Below are positions 36,606 through 46,111 of a DNA stretch of 64,000 nt, piece by piece. Location of the stretch: the IMG/VR virus record IMGVR_UViG_3300042462_000689. One strand, 5' to 3'. Positions within the stretch are counted from its first letter, which is position 1. Each line of letters begins with the position of its first letter. Below the pieces are notes generated by a model. It was not told where the DNA came from, made no database searches, and saw only the letters and a list, made by a program, of their open reading frames with translations. The DNA is from a virus. A program made the translations under genes and the position numbers.

Positions 36606-38600
36606 ATGAAAACTCAAGAACTCAAACCCATCACAGGAACCGTCAGCAAGAAATTTATCGAGAAGGTCGATCGGTATTTCAACCACAGCAAGGAGACCAT
36701 CATCGTCGAACTCATCCAGAATGCCCGACGTGCCGGAGCCACGGAGATGCGCTGGACCATCGAGCCCGCCGGCCCTGAGCAATGCAGCATCACCGTCACC
36801 GACGACGGCTGCGGCGTCGAAGATCCGGCAGTGCTGCTCACACTCGGCGAATCAGGTTGGGATGCAGGCATTCAGACGGACGAGGATCCCGCCGGTGCCG
36901 GTTTCTTTTCGCTCTGTGGTCTGAGCGGGGCCGTGCATGTCTCCAGTCACAACTGGCGTATGACGCTCGACAAGGCCATCTTCACGCACGGGAAGGAGAC
37001 GCTCCCCTGCGCCACCAAGTCGCCCATCAAAGGCATGCGGCTGGAATTCATCACGAATGCGGAGAAGTCGGAATACTACGCGCACCATACCGCGGTAACT
37101 CGATGGATGGACGCTGTGGAGAAATGCTCCAAATACTGCGGGCTGAAAGTCAGCATCAACGATAAGCGCGTAAAGCAGGAGGATTTCCTGGCGGACGCAG
37201 AAGCGGTGGTGGAATGGAACGGTATCCGTATTGGGATTCACAATCGCCAGAAGCTGAGCGGCTATTCACTGGACCATGACGCGAACACCGCAAACTTCCA
37301 TGGCTGCGTGCTCGCCACACCCAAAATGCCCGAAGTCGGGGATTTCGGGAATGACGGCAAAAGCAAATATGCCGCAATCTTGGACATCCGGAACACCCAG
37401 CACATCAAGCTGGTCCTGCCGGCGCGCAACGGGATCTTACAGGATGCCAATTGGGAATTGCTCAAGACGCACATCGAGCGCCTGCTGGTCGAGCACGGAC
37501 TGAAGCGGCACGAAGGGAAACACCGGATGCCGTTTACGACGTATCAGCGCTTCAAGGCCATCGGCGTCGAATTGCCCGAGGCAGTGTCGTATTTGAAAGC
37601 AGTCTGCATCAAATGCCGTGACCATTATTCGGAACTGCAATACCCGGAGTTCGACAACGACATGGATCGTCGCGTGGATGTAAGGCATGGCCATCCGGTG
37701 CTGGTTCCCAATCTGGACGACAACGGGCTGAATCTGACGATGGCAATTGCCTTTGCGTGTAATTCGGTTTCTGTCACACCCGAGATTAAAGCTGAAGGTG
37801 GTTTCGATGTGGACGGTGCATTTGAACTACCCAAATTGGATGATTGCCTGAATATGCAATTCGTCCGCGCCAACGGCAATTTCAGCGGGTATTCCTGGTA
37901 TGACCGCCTGCCGTTCATCGAGGAGGACTCCGTGAAGTTCACGGTGAAGCAGGGCAAGCATGGAGTGTACACGAGCGAAGGCCAAAGCGACGCCCTGCAT
38001 ATGCCGCAGGGCCCGGATGAGCTGGCCTCGGAGATCCTGGTGGATTTCATCATCGAAAAGCCGGTGAGGGACAAGGGGATGGGCGAGAAGCGAGCACACA
38101 TCAATCTGCAACTGGAGACAGTGGCGTATTTCCGCACCGCCGACTGCTCGCATGTGGAGGACGGAAGCTGGGCATTTGCAAAGGCGTTACTCCCGGCGGA
38201 TAGCGGAGCCGAGGCGAACAATGCGCAGACCAAGGAGCGGGACATCCGCAGCCAGGCGGAGAACTGGATGTTGATTGCCTTCTGCGATCCACCGGATGAT
38301 TCGGATCATGAGGACAGCACCGCTGATGCGCAAAGCACCTGGACCTGCCGGAAAATGAAACAGGTGCTGCTGTCCCCGGAGAAGGCGTTTCAGGAGGCCA
38401 TTGAGGGTCAAGTTCGATCGCTGCTCAGCTCGGATGAATTCAATAAGGCCCGTCGCAAATCTGGAATCATCGGGTTGACTGTGGACTTCGAATATGGCGA
38501 TCAGCGTCCGGTCGGAGAGAAGCATTACAAATACTCAGAGAACAAGATGACGATTACGTTTCACAAGAAGGAAGCAACAACCATCAAAGGTAAATGCTGA
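36606..38600 (+). CDS. GHKL (HSP90/MutL/sacsin-like) ATPase domain protein
   Basis: ELIQNARRAGA (N box), TDDGCG (G1), GAGFFSL (G2). Confidence 0.8.
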   Translation: MKTQELKPITGTVSKKFIEKVDRYFNHSKETIIVELIQNARRAGATEMRWTIEPAGPEQCSITVTDDGCGVEDPAVLLTLGESGWDAGIQTDEDPAGAGFFSLCGLSGAVHVSSHNWRMTLDKAIFTHGKETLPCATKSPIKGMRLEFITNAEKSEYYAHHTAVTRWMDAVEKCSKYCGLKVSINDKRVKQEDFLADAEAVVEWNGIRIGIHNRQKLSGYSLDHDANTANFHGCVLATPKMPEVGDFGNDGKSKYAAILDIRNTQHIKLVLPARNGILQDANWELLKTHIERLLVEHGLKRHEGKHRMPFTTYQRFKAIGVELPEAVSYLKAVCIKCRDHYSELQYPEFDNDMDRRVDVRHGHPVLVPNLDDNGLNLTMAIAFACNSVSVTPEIKAEGGFDVDGAFELPKLDDCLNMQFVRANGNFSGYSWYDRLPFIEEDSVKFTVKQGKHGVYTSEGQSDALHMPQGPDELASEILVDFIIEKPVRDKGMGEKRAHINLQLETVAYFRTADCSHVEDGSWAFAKALLPADSGAEANNAQTKERDIRSQAENWMLIAFCDPPDDSDHEDSTADAQSTWTCRKMKQVLLSPEKAFQEAIEGQVRSLLSSDEFNKARRKSGIIGLTVDFEYGDQRPVGEKHYKYSENKMTITFHKKEATTIKGKC

Positions 38601-39013
38601 TCAAATGTGTCTGCTGTGGAAGCACCGCGCACGAGCACGCAGGCTGCATTGTGGCAGAGCGGGATGCATTGAAGTCCGCATTAGGGAAACTGCGCGAAGC
38701 GATGGAGCGCATCATCTGCGCCAATGGAGACTACTACACCGAAGCGCCCGAATGCGAACACGCCGTGGCTGAATTGCAGGACGCGATCCGGGCAGCGGCA
38801 AATATCATGCATCCTGCGATTCTTGACTTCGGCGTAATTGAAACAGGAGACCCACATCCCTCCCTGACGCATTTCCCGAACAAGGATCTTCGGGAAATCA
38901 TCACCGCGGCATCGCTGAAGGATTTGGAATTGCCGAAAGACGAGGCGTTCATTTCCATCATCGAGAAGCCCGCAGGCGATTCCGCAATTGCGAAACCAGA
39001 ACCCACAGGGTAA
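38594..39013 (+). CDS. Hypothetical protein
   Basis: 139-aa ORF with CVCCG and coiled-coil segment. Confidence 0.5.
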   Translation: MLIKCVCCGSTAHEHAGCIVAERDALKSALGKLREAMERIICANGDYYTEAPECEHAVAELQDAIRAAANIMHPAILDFGVIETGDPHPSLTHFPNKDLREIITAASLKDLELPKDEAFISIIEKPAGDSAIAKPEPTG

Positions 39014-39022
39014 TCTCCCCAC

Positions 39023-40105
39023 ATGCTGCGCGACATCATCTCAGACAAAAACCCATCTTTCCTCACGGTCATCGAACTCCCCGACTGGGTGAAACAGGCC
39101 GAGGTCATCTCCGACGACGAGGTGAAAAACCTGCACGCCTCCGCCTTTGCGGACCCGGTGCATCGGAAGCATCCCATGCATTCCAAGGTGGCGGCCTACA
39201 TGAGCGCCGTATATTTGGGAGCGCAGGGCGTGCCGGACACGGCCCCCGAGCTGCAGGCCGTCAAATCCGCCTCCGCAGTGTTTGGCATTGGTCATGAGGT
39301 CGCCGATATCCTCAGCAACCTGCGCGCGCAGGTCAAATCGGCCGCCGCCCCTGAATCGCTCCCGCGCTTTGCGCTGACGGTTAAGGTGGCGGCGGAAGAC
39401 AGCGAACCGACGGGCTTCTACCCGCTGACGTCCGCCGTGCAGATTCAGGACTCCGCGGTCCAATTGGTGAAGGACTTCAATTCCGGCACCGGTGAGCTGC
39501 CTGTGGATTGGTTCAAATCGGCCAGCGAGACCATCATGCGGGTCGCCCCGAGCTTCGGGCTGGCTGCCGATGAATTGCCCGCGGACGTGCGGGAAATGGC
39601 GGAACCTCGGGTGTTCGATCGCGACAAGGCGCTGGACCTCGTCGGGCATCGGAAGTTCGCCGGCGTCAGCGATGAATTGCTGGAGGTCTATCGGGACACG
39701 GTCAAATCCGCCGGTGCCGAAGGCGGCATCACAGTGGAGGAGGCCGTCTCGCTCATTGAAACCCTGGATCGCGCATCGGGAATCAAATACAGCACGGTGT
39801 TCGTGAATCCGTGGCGCATCTTCCACAGCGGCCCTTCGGTGGAAGCATTGAAGAAGGTGGCGTCGCAGTCGGTGTTCCTGGATCAGGTCATGATCCCAGC
39901 GATTCATTTCAGCACGCTCAATGAGGCGTCCGTGCGCTCGGCGCTGGGCAAGGAAACGGCGGACACGGTGATGCAGGCTGTGAAGCTGGCTTCTACCAAT
40001 CCCGGCGAGGCATCGGCGCTGCTGGCGCTGCTGCCAGCGGAGGTGCAGCGCGAGGTGCTTGTCGTGACACATACGACCCTGCGCGGCCTGTCCTCAGCGG
40101 CGTAA
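39023..40105 (+). CDS. Hypothetical protein, probable head/internal protein
   Basis: 360 aa, structural-gene codon bias, dense K-x-A(A/S/G) motifs. Confidence 0.65.
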   Translation: MLRDIISDKNPSFLTVIELPDWVKQAEVISDDEVKNLHASAFADPVHRKHPMHSKVAAYMSAVYLGAQGVPDTAPELQAVKSASAVFGIGHEVADILSNLRAQVKSAAAPESLPRFALTVKVAAEDSEPTGFYPLTSAVQIQDSAVQLVKDFNSGTGELPVDWFKSASETIMRVAPSFGLAADELPADVREMAEPRVFDRDKALDLVGHRKFAGVSDELLEVYRDTVKSAGAEGGITVEEAVSLIETLDRASGIKYSTVFVNPWRIFHSGPSVEALKKVASQSVFLDQVMIPAIHFSTLNEASVRSALGKETADTVMQAVKLASTNPGEASALLALLPAEVQREVLVVTHTTLRGLSSAA

Positions 40106-40110
40106 CGCAC

Positions 40111-40665
40111 ATGGCGAAGCTCGACAGCAAAACTGTCAAAGAGGCATTCGATCACGACGACACGCCGGCGATCGTGCTTTTCGCAATCGTCTGCAAGGCG
40201 TATCCCTGGATCCTGCCCACGGGGGACAACCCGGATCATGAGCCCGTAGATGCCATCACCATTTGGACATCCCTGCGGCATCAATTCGGAATTGTGACGT
40301 CGGTGGAGGCCGAGAACAAAATCATGGCGATGCTGACGGCAGTGGAGACGGACCTATACTACGAAAATCCGGAGATGTTCAAATCCATCACCGGGGCCAT
40401 TTGCCACGGGGATGTGGACGATGCCATCAACGGGAGTCTGTCGGATATCTCCGGCGCGGAGGCGTCCATTGCAATGCATGAGATTGATTTGGTGCGCGGC
40501 GAGGAGCATCCGGAATATGCGCCAGCGGTGCAGGAGATCATCAATCGCGAATTGAAGGAGGAGGCGAATGATGATGAGGATGGTGCGGATTTGCAGGAGG
40601 TGCTGCAGCGGCACGACAGTGAAATCAAGGACTGGCTCAAGCGATTGGGTCTTTCCGCAACCTGA
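40111..40665 (+). CDS. Acidic hypothetical protein
   Basis: 184-aa ORF 5 nt after the previous stop. Confidence 0.65.
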   Translation: MAKLDSKTVKEAFDHDDTPAIVLFAIVCKAYPWILPTGDNPDHEPVDAITIWTSLRHQFGIVTSVEAENKIMAMLTAVETDLYYENPEMFKSITGAICHGDVDDAINGSLSDISGAEASIAMHEIDLVRGEEHPEYAPAVQEIINRELKEEANDDEDGADLQEVLQRHDSEIKDWLKRLGLSAT

Positions 40666-40676
40666 AGATAAATAAA

Positions 40677-40853
40677 ATGAGTAAAGAAGACGCGGTACTT
40701 ATATTGCGCGCACTGAATGATGGGGATCTGTTTTACGCCCTGCGGGATATCATGCAAGGGCGTCGGGTAGAATACGCGGAGGCTGGTGATGAATACGGAC
40801 ACGCGACACGGGAAGCCAAACTCGCAGTGATTCGGCACATCCTGGGCGAGTGA
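40677..40853 (+). CDS. Small hypothetical protein
   Basis: 58 aa MSKEDAVLILRAL...RHILGE, translated by hand; A-rich upstream. Confidence 0.45.
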   Translation: MSKEDAVLILRALNDGDLFYALRDIMQGRRVEYAEAGDEYGHATREAKLAVIRHILGE

Positions 40854-41038
40854 GCAAAAAGAGTGAGCCCACGATGAGCATGGGCACATGGATGGCAACT
40901 GAGGGAGGACGCAAGTGTCCGCTGTGCGGACGCTATGCCAAAGCGCGTGAACTTGGCTGGCTCGGATTCAACACACCGACACTGTGCCTCGATATGTATG
41001 GTCACCTGCCTGGAAAGGGCTGCAACCGCAGAAAGTGA
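40850..41038 (+). CDS. Small Cys-containing hypothetical protein
   Basis: CPLCG motif; GTGA overlap with upstream ORF. Confidence 0.4.
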   Translation: MSKKSEPTMSMGTWMATEGGRKCPLCGRYAKARELGWLGFNTPTLCLDMYGHLPGKGCNRRK

Positions 41039-41055
41039 AAAACCAAACAAACCAA

Positions 41056-41256
41056 ATGAGTAAACAAAAGACCGGATCCCATCGCACCGCCCACAAGCGG
41101 AAGGATGGCATCCTTGAAATCGCAGGACTGGTCTCGCAGAAGGACCACCACACGATGAAGCGGATGGAGAAGAAACTTGAGGGACTAACCGTAAGGGAAT
41201 TCGCCGAGCAGACTTCGCAGCCTGGTATTCCTGGGTGGATTGAGAGGACTGCGTGA
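41056..41256 (+). CDS. Small hypothetical protein
   Basis: ATG 41056 after accaa; within ORF 40984..41256. Confidence 0.45.
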   Translation: MSKQKTGSHRTAHKRKDGILEIAGLVSQKDHHTMKRMEKKLEGLTVREFAEQTSQPGIPGWIERTA

Positions 41257-41531
41257 GCATCTTCCGCCCGCATCGACAGCCGGCGCAATTGCTTTATGAT
41301 GTATTCGAGGCAGAGGCAAAGCACCGCAAAGACAAGACGGTAGAAGATTGGATCTTGGACGAGCGGGAGGTCGTCTGGCGCGCAGCCCGAGACTGGGCGC
41401 AGCAAAATGGGAAGCCAGTCCCCACGATGGAAATGGTGAAGAAGGCAGAGAGATACGCATGCGGGCACACGGACTACGGAGCCAAATGGGCGTATGCGCT
41501 GGTGGAGGAAATGCAGAAGCAGGAATTATAA
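41253..41531 (+). CDS. Small hypothetical phage protein
   Basis: 92 aa; ACGHTDYGAKWA motif; coupled start. Confidence 0.55.
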   Translation: MSIFRPHRQPAQLLYDVFEAEAKHRKDKTVEDWILDEREVVWRAARDWAQQNGKPVPTMEMVKKAERYACGHTDYGAKWAYALVEEMQKQEL

Positions 41532-41535
41532 GCAA

Positions 41536-41772
41536 ATGACTGACGAAGAAAATCAAAAGCTAGTCCTGAATTTACGCCATGCTGTGGTATGCATGCGCCG
41601 TAATGCGGCGGAACTGAAAAGCGGAGAGGGATACTCATTCCCGCAATTGCAACCGCAGAGAGATGCGTCTGCTGGGACACTGGAGTTTTGGGCTGGAGAG
41701 CTGGAACGCATGATCCCTACAACTCAGCCCGAGATCACCCGCGACCCTCCCCCAAATGCCCCGGTCGAGTGA
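41536..41772 (+). CDS. Small hypothetical protein
   Basis: ATG 41536; overlaps the terminase 3' end convergently. Confidence 0.4.
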   Translation: MTDEENQKLVLNLRHAVVCMRRNAAELKSGEGYSFPQLQPQRDASAGTLEFWAGELERMIPTTQPEITRDPPPNAPVE

Positions 41773-43643
41773 ACGCCCGTCTTGAAATTGCGCTGCATCT
41801 CCAATTGCAACCCGCGGTCGAGCAGCAGAGGCTCGCCCATAATCAGCCGCCCCAACACGATGGCGAAATTCAGGGCATGGAGGGTGTCGTCGGGCTTTGA
41901 GCCGGAGCGGATGTAGCGGAAGGACTGCTGGCCGGCGGAGAGGTCACCAGGGGCGCGGTACATGTTCAGCAGATCGGAGAGGCAGGGCTTGGCCTCCTCC
42001 CATCGGTAGCAGCTCAGGCGCGAAGCATTGCGGATGACATCAAACAGGAACGTGATGCTCTCATTGCGGTTGATGCTGTAGTGGTTCGTCATCGAGGTGC
42101 TGGCGGGCCGCGCGACCATCGGGGAGCCGGGAGGAAGGGCGTAGCCCAGTGCGTAATGGCTGGATGCCAGCACGCCCTCCTCCTTGCGGAGCAGCAGATT
42201 GTAGGTGGCGCCGGCCGAGAAATCCGAGGCGATGAAACTGCCATGCCCGCGCTTGTGGGCCTGGGCGATTTTATGGAGGATGACGTCGTAGGCCATGCCT
42301 GCGTATTTAGACATGCTGATGATTTCCATCTTGTTGTAGGCCGTCAGCCCGAGCATGACGTGCACGGTGTAGGACTGCTTGGTCTTGTCCGCGGGATTCC
42401 AGTCGCTACCGCCCCAGTCAATTCCTGAAACCACATGGCGGTATCCTCCCTGCTGTGCACGGGCCAGCCTGCGCTCCGAGGTTTCCTCGGGATTGCAGAT
42501 GTCCTCCAAATCTTTCTCTGAGATTTCCCGCAGGCCGTCCTCGCTGGGGATGCCCATTACTTCCTGCATCCATTTCTTTACCTGCCCCATCTGGGTGTAG
42601 TCCTTCAGAGACTGGAACAGCGGGATCCACTGGATGGGATCGACTACGAACTCGGAAATCAGAATCTGCGGTATGTGGTAGGATTTGAATCCGGCCTCTG
42701 CGCGACCGGGATGCGCATGCACATACTCACCATCCTCCATGTTGAGTATCTTGCCTGTGTGCGGACAGGTGGGGCCTTCCACCTGGATGATGGGTAAGAT
42801 TTCTTCCGGGTCGCCGCAGTTGACCCAGTGCTTCCCGTCCGGACAGCGGACGTGCCATGTGCCCATGCTGCCCTGCTGAAACTTCGTTTCGAGCGCGGAA
42901 TCGAGCGTGAGTGAGGTGCCTGCAAACGTCTTGCACTTCAATGATTTCGATCTCAGCACCTGCTCGACTTCAGGCAGCAAATTCACATCGAACCCCTGAA
43001 ATTCGTCAAAAAGCAAATCAGATCCGGTCTTTCCGCGCGCATCTGAGGCGGTAGTAGCCACGCGCACCAACTCGATGAGTGACTGGTTCGGATACTCTTT
43101 CAGGTTCAGATTAGACCGATACCCCTTGGGCGTAGAATGGTATCGAAAGCAGCGCTCCATCTCGCGCAGCTTGGTCGCGTACGTGCGCATGTGCTGGGTG
43201 TGAGGTGCCACGTAGATGGATCGAAATCCTGGAAGCAAATGGGTCAGCACCAGCTGTCGTGCACTGAATGTGGTCGACTTGGAAACCTGCCGGCTTGCTC
43301 GAATCGTGGTCTCTCCACCGGAGTTGATCTCCGTCATTACGAACGCAAATGGTCGATTCAGAAGGGACAGCGGCCTGCGCAGAGGAGCGGCGGGAGTCCC
43401 CAACTCCACGGCATCTGGATCTTCAGGCAAAGACTCAATCGCCTCCGGAAAGAAATAAGGCAGGATCGGCCCGCAGTTGTAGTCGCATTTGCGGAAGATG
43501 TCCTGGATGATGCGGGCGGCCTCCGGGCTGTAGGGAGCCCCATCGCCAAGCTGCGCCTCCAATTGGATCATCTCCTGACTGAGACGATCCAATTCATTGA
43601 CGAACTTCGCATTCGTCAGTAATTCATGGTACAAGTCGAACAT
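41724..43643 (-). CDS. terL: Terminase large subunit (lambda gpA-like)
   Basis: Walker A RQVSKST, RGKTGSDLLFDEFQ, AGTSLTLD, nuclease GIDWG and KPDDTLHALNF; start at ATG 43643 with GAGGTG upstream. Confidence 0.85.
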   Translation of the reverse strand: MFDLYHELLTNAKFVNELDRLSQEMIQLEAQLGDGAPYSPEAARIIQDIFRKCDYNCGPILPYFFPEAIESLPEDPDAVELGTPAAPLRRPLSLLNRPFAFVMTEINSGGETTIRASRQVSKSTTFSARQLVLTHLLPGFRSIYVAPHTQHMRTYATKLREMERCFRYHSTPKGYRSNLNLKEYPNQSLIELVRVATTASDARGKTGSDLLFDEFQGFDVNLLPEVEQVLRSKSLKCKTFAGTSLTLDSALETKFQQGSMGTWHVRCPDGKHWVNCGDPEEILPIIQVEGPTCPHTGKILNMEDGEYVHAHPGRAEAGFKSYHIPQILISEFVVDPIQWIPLFQSLKDYTQMGQVKKWMQEVMGIPSEDGLREISEKDLEDICNPEETSERRLARAQQGGYRHVVSGIDWGGSDWNPADKTKQSYTVHVMLGLTAYNKMEIISMSKYAGMAYDVILHKIAQAHKRGHGSFIASDFSAGATYNLLLRKEEGVLASSHYALGYALPPGSPMVARPASTSMTNHYSINRNESITFLFDVIRNASRLSCYRWEEAKPCLSDLLNMYRAPGDLSAGQQSFRYIRSGSKPDDTLHALNFAIVLGRLIMGEPLLLDRGLQLEMQRNFKTGVHSTGAFGGGSRVISG

Positions 43644-43747
43644 GCCATCCACCTCACCGCAATCACTCCGCAAAGTCAAACCCGGCCAATTCCCGGCCGT
43701 CCGCTTCGGAACCGTCCCAACACTCAAACCAAAAACAATTGAACCAA

Positions 43748-44242
43748 ATGCCATCATCGAATCCGGCGACCACATCGCCGAGCCCGTCCCCGCAAGACCC
43801 GAAGGAAGCGCAGCCCAGCGGCGCGCCGACCGCTACAACTAATTGGGATTACCTCTGGAAGACGCCGGGGCCTCGAAAGCCCCGCCCCAAGGAAATCGCC
43901 AAACGCTACCCACGCCTGATGGCTGCCATCGGCGCTGCCATGAAGCGCTACGCGGAGGATCCTGCCACGCCGCCGGTCAGTTCCATTATCCTGGAGCCTG
44001 ACGACCTGCATCTGGATTTCCGCATCAGCCTGCGCACCGCAGACGGCACCACCAAGACCATCAAAGGCGACACCATCCTGCCGGACATCTTCGCCGTCAT
44101 GCAAATGCCGGGGGCCGTCAATAATTTCGAGGTCATCCTGCATCAGCTCGCCGTGAACCCGACACAGACGCGGTTCCAGTCGCTGCTGCAGGCCCGCGTG
44201 CAAGTCGAACAAACTCCGAATGACAGAATTCTGGGCTCTTGA
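43748..44242 (+). CDS. Hypothetical protein
   Basis: ATG 43748 after accaa; divergent from terL. Confidence 0.6.
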   Translation: MPSSNPATTSPSPSPQDPKEAQPSGAPTATTNWDYLWKTPGPRKPRPKEIAKRYPRLMAAIGAAMKRYAEDPATPPVSSIILEPDDLHLDFRISLRTADGTTKTIKGDTILPDIFAVMQMPGAVNNFEVILHQLAVNPTQTRFQSLLQARVQVEQTPNDRILGS

Positions 44243-44429
44243 AGAAAGGGCAGCCCGGCTGCTTCAATTGGAAGAGATCGCCGAGGGATTGCGGAATCTG
44301 GATTGGTGTATCGGATACGAATTAACCGAAGCGCAGCATGTCGAATTGGACGATCTGCGCACAAAAGCCTTTGAACTAATGAATAAAACAAATGAGTGCA
44401 GCACCAACAACAGAATCCCACGCCACTGA
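44220..44429 (+). CDS. Small hypothetical protein
   Basis: 69-aa ORF overlapping both neighbours. Confidence 0.4.
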   Translation: MTEFWALEERAARLLQLEEIAEGLRNLDWCIGYELTEAQHVELDDLRTKAFELMNKTNECSTNNRIPRH

Positions 44430-45192
44430 ATGCCATCGGCAGATCGCCGCCAATTACCCCCAAAAACCAGAGCACGAGTTCTTCATCCTCTCCGACGGCA
44501 GCGGCTACATTGACGGCTTCGCCGGTGCGGCCGTCATAGTCTACAGCCCTCAGCATTGCTTCTGCGATCTGAGCACCATTGCATGGTCCGGCGGGGACAC
44601 GGAGAGAGCAGAGTTTGAAGGGCTGCTGGCAGGTCTGCAGGGTATCATGAATCGTTGCAAATGGGACAATGGCGATGATTTCCAGATGCTGCGGATGAAG
44701 CGTCCGCTGGTGCATTGGTTGACGGACAGAGAATCGCTGGCCCTGGCCGTCGCCAGGAAGCCCGACGGCTCCACTTTCTACCGCCGCAAATCCACCCCTG
44801 ACCTATGGGCCCGGTTCGAGTGGTATGAGGCGATGTTCCGCATCACGCCGCATTACGAGTCCCGCAATGCCACGCCGGTGTTCCGCCTTATTGATCGGAT
44901 GGCCTCGGACATGCGCGAGATGATGCAGCGGTATGCCGCAGCCTGGCCGCAGGATTTGAAATGGATGAGCGGCTACGAGAAAATATGGAAGGCGCCGGAA
45001 TTGTTCGAGACGCACGTGGATGCCATGATCACCGCGCTCACGCCGATAGATCATATTGATGCCGAGAGGGAATCTCAGATGCTGGCGATCCTGGGCGCGG
45101 ATGTGTATCCAATCGTCTTGCAGACCGCCCGGAACGAAATTGCAAATGCGCCAATTGAGCGCCAGCACAAAACAAACAAACCATTGTTATGA
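44392..45192 (+). CDS. RNase H-like protein
   Basis: LSDGSG...AGAAV, ERAEFEGLLAGL, WLTDRES, PDLW, DRMAS: catalytic D/E/D/D of RNase HI fold. Confidence 0.75.
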   Translation: MSAAPTTESHATECHRQIAANYPQKPEHEFFILSDGSGYIDGFAGAAVIVYSPQHCFCDLSTIAWSGGDTERAEFEGLLAGLQGIMNRCKWDNGDDFQMLRMKRPLVHWLTDRESLALAVARKPDGSTFYRRKSTPDLWARFEWYEAMFRITPHYESRNATPVFRLIDRMASDMREMMQRYAAAWPQDLKWMSGYEKIWKAPELFETHVDAMITALTPIDHIDAERESQMLAILGADVYPIVLQTARNEIANAPIERQHKTNKPLL

Positions 45193-45851
45193 TCGCTACT
45201 GAAGTCCCTGATGATTTACCAGAAGACCAACCACACCATCCTGACAATCCCCCGGAGCTGGTGGAGAAGCTAGTAACCGAGAACATACGCCTGGTTTCCC
45301 ACATGCTGAAAGAATGGGGGGCGTTGCGTGGAGATTCGGAATATGACGATTTGTTCTCCGCGGGTATGCTTGGATTGTTCCACGTTAGCCGGCGGTTTGA
45401 TGTCAGCCGTGGATTCAAATTCAGCGCTATGGCCTGCCTAGCTATTCGCCGTGAGATGTGTAAAGTCTATACGGCCCGTCGGCGGCAAAAGCGCGGAGGC
45501 GGAAGACCCGACCTTTGCTTGCACACGTCCAATTCGGAACACGGAGGAATACCCCTGGAGGATCAATTGATCGACGAGCAGAATGTGGATGGGTTGCAGG
45601 CGTTGCTCAAAACAGATGACGTAGCGACTGTAATGAATTGTGTAATGAAACTCACGGAGTCGCAGCAAAAGTTCCTCGCGTTGCGATTCGGGATGGACGG
45701 AAAAGATCCACACACGTTGGTCGCGATCGGAATGCTATACGGAGTAACGGGCGCACGAGCCGGGCAACTGGAAAGCAAACTCTTAACGCGGTTGGCTTTC
45801 TTTATGAGGCAGGCGCAAAAAATTGACGAGACGGCGGAATGCCCATCCTGA
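45189..45851 (+). CDS. Sigma-70 family sigma factor (SigK/SigE-like)
   Basis: ENIRLV, YDDLFSAGMLGL...RRFDVSRGFKFSAMA, LALRFGMDGKDPHTLVAIG...GVTGARAGQLE. Confidence 0.8.
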   Translation: MIATEVPDDLPEDQPHHPDNPPELVEKLVTENIRLVSHMLKEWGALRGDSEYDDLFSAGMLGLFHVSRRFDVSRGFKFSAMACLAIRREMCKVYTARRRQKRGGGRPDLCLHTSNSEHGGIPLEDQLIDEQNVDGLQALLKTDDVATVMNCVMKLTESQQKFLALRFGMDGKDPHTLVAIGMLYGVTGARAGQLESKLLTRLAFFMRQAQKIDETAECPS

Positions 45852-45861
45852 ATGAAACCAA

Positions 45862-46098
45862 ATGAGTAAATCCTATTACCTCGACTACTATCGGGAACTC
45901 TGCCCGAGCGAAGAGGGTTGGGTAATTGGGCAACTGGCCGAGGAGCGCATCGCTGCGGATAAGAAAGAAAAGGAGTTGTGTGCCTTGCTGATGCGAATCC
46001 GCGAAGACTACAACCATCCGTGGCCAAATGAGAATTCCGGCACACATAACCATCGCACGACAACCTTCAACGAAATCACGGCTGTCCTCGCAAAATAA
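45862..46098 (+). CDS. Small hypothetical protein
   Basis: 78-aa ORF after accaa. Confidence 0.45.
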   Translation: MSKSYYLDYYRELCPSEEGWVIGQLAEERIAADKKEKELCALLMRIREDYNHPWPNENSGTHNHRTTTFNEITAVLAK

Positions 46099-46111
46099 AC
46101 ACCAAATCAAA

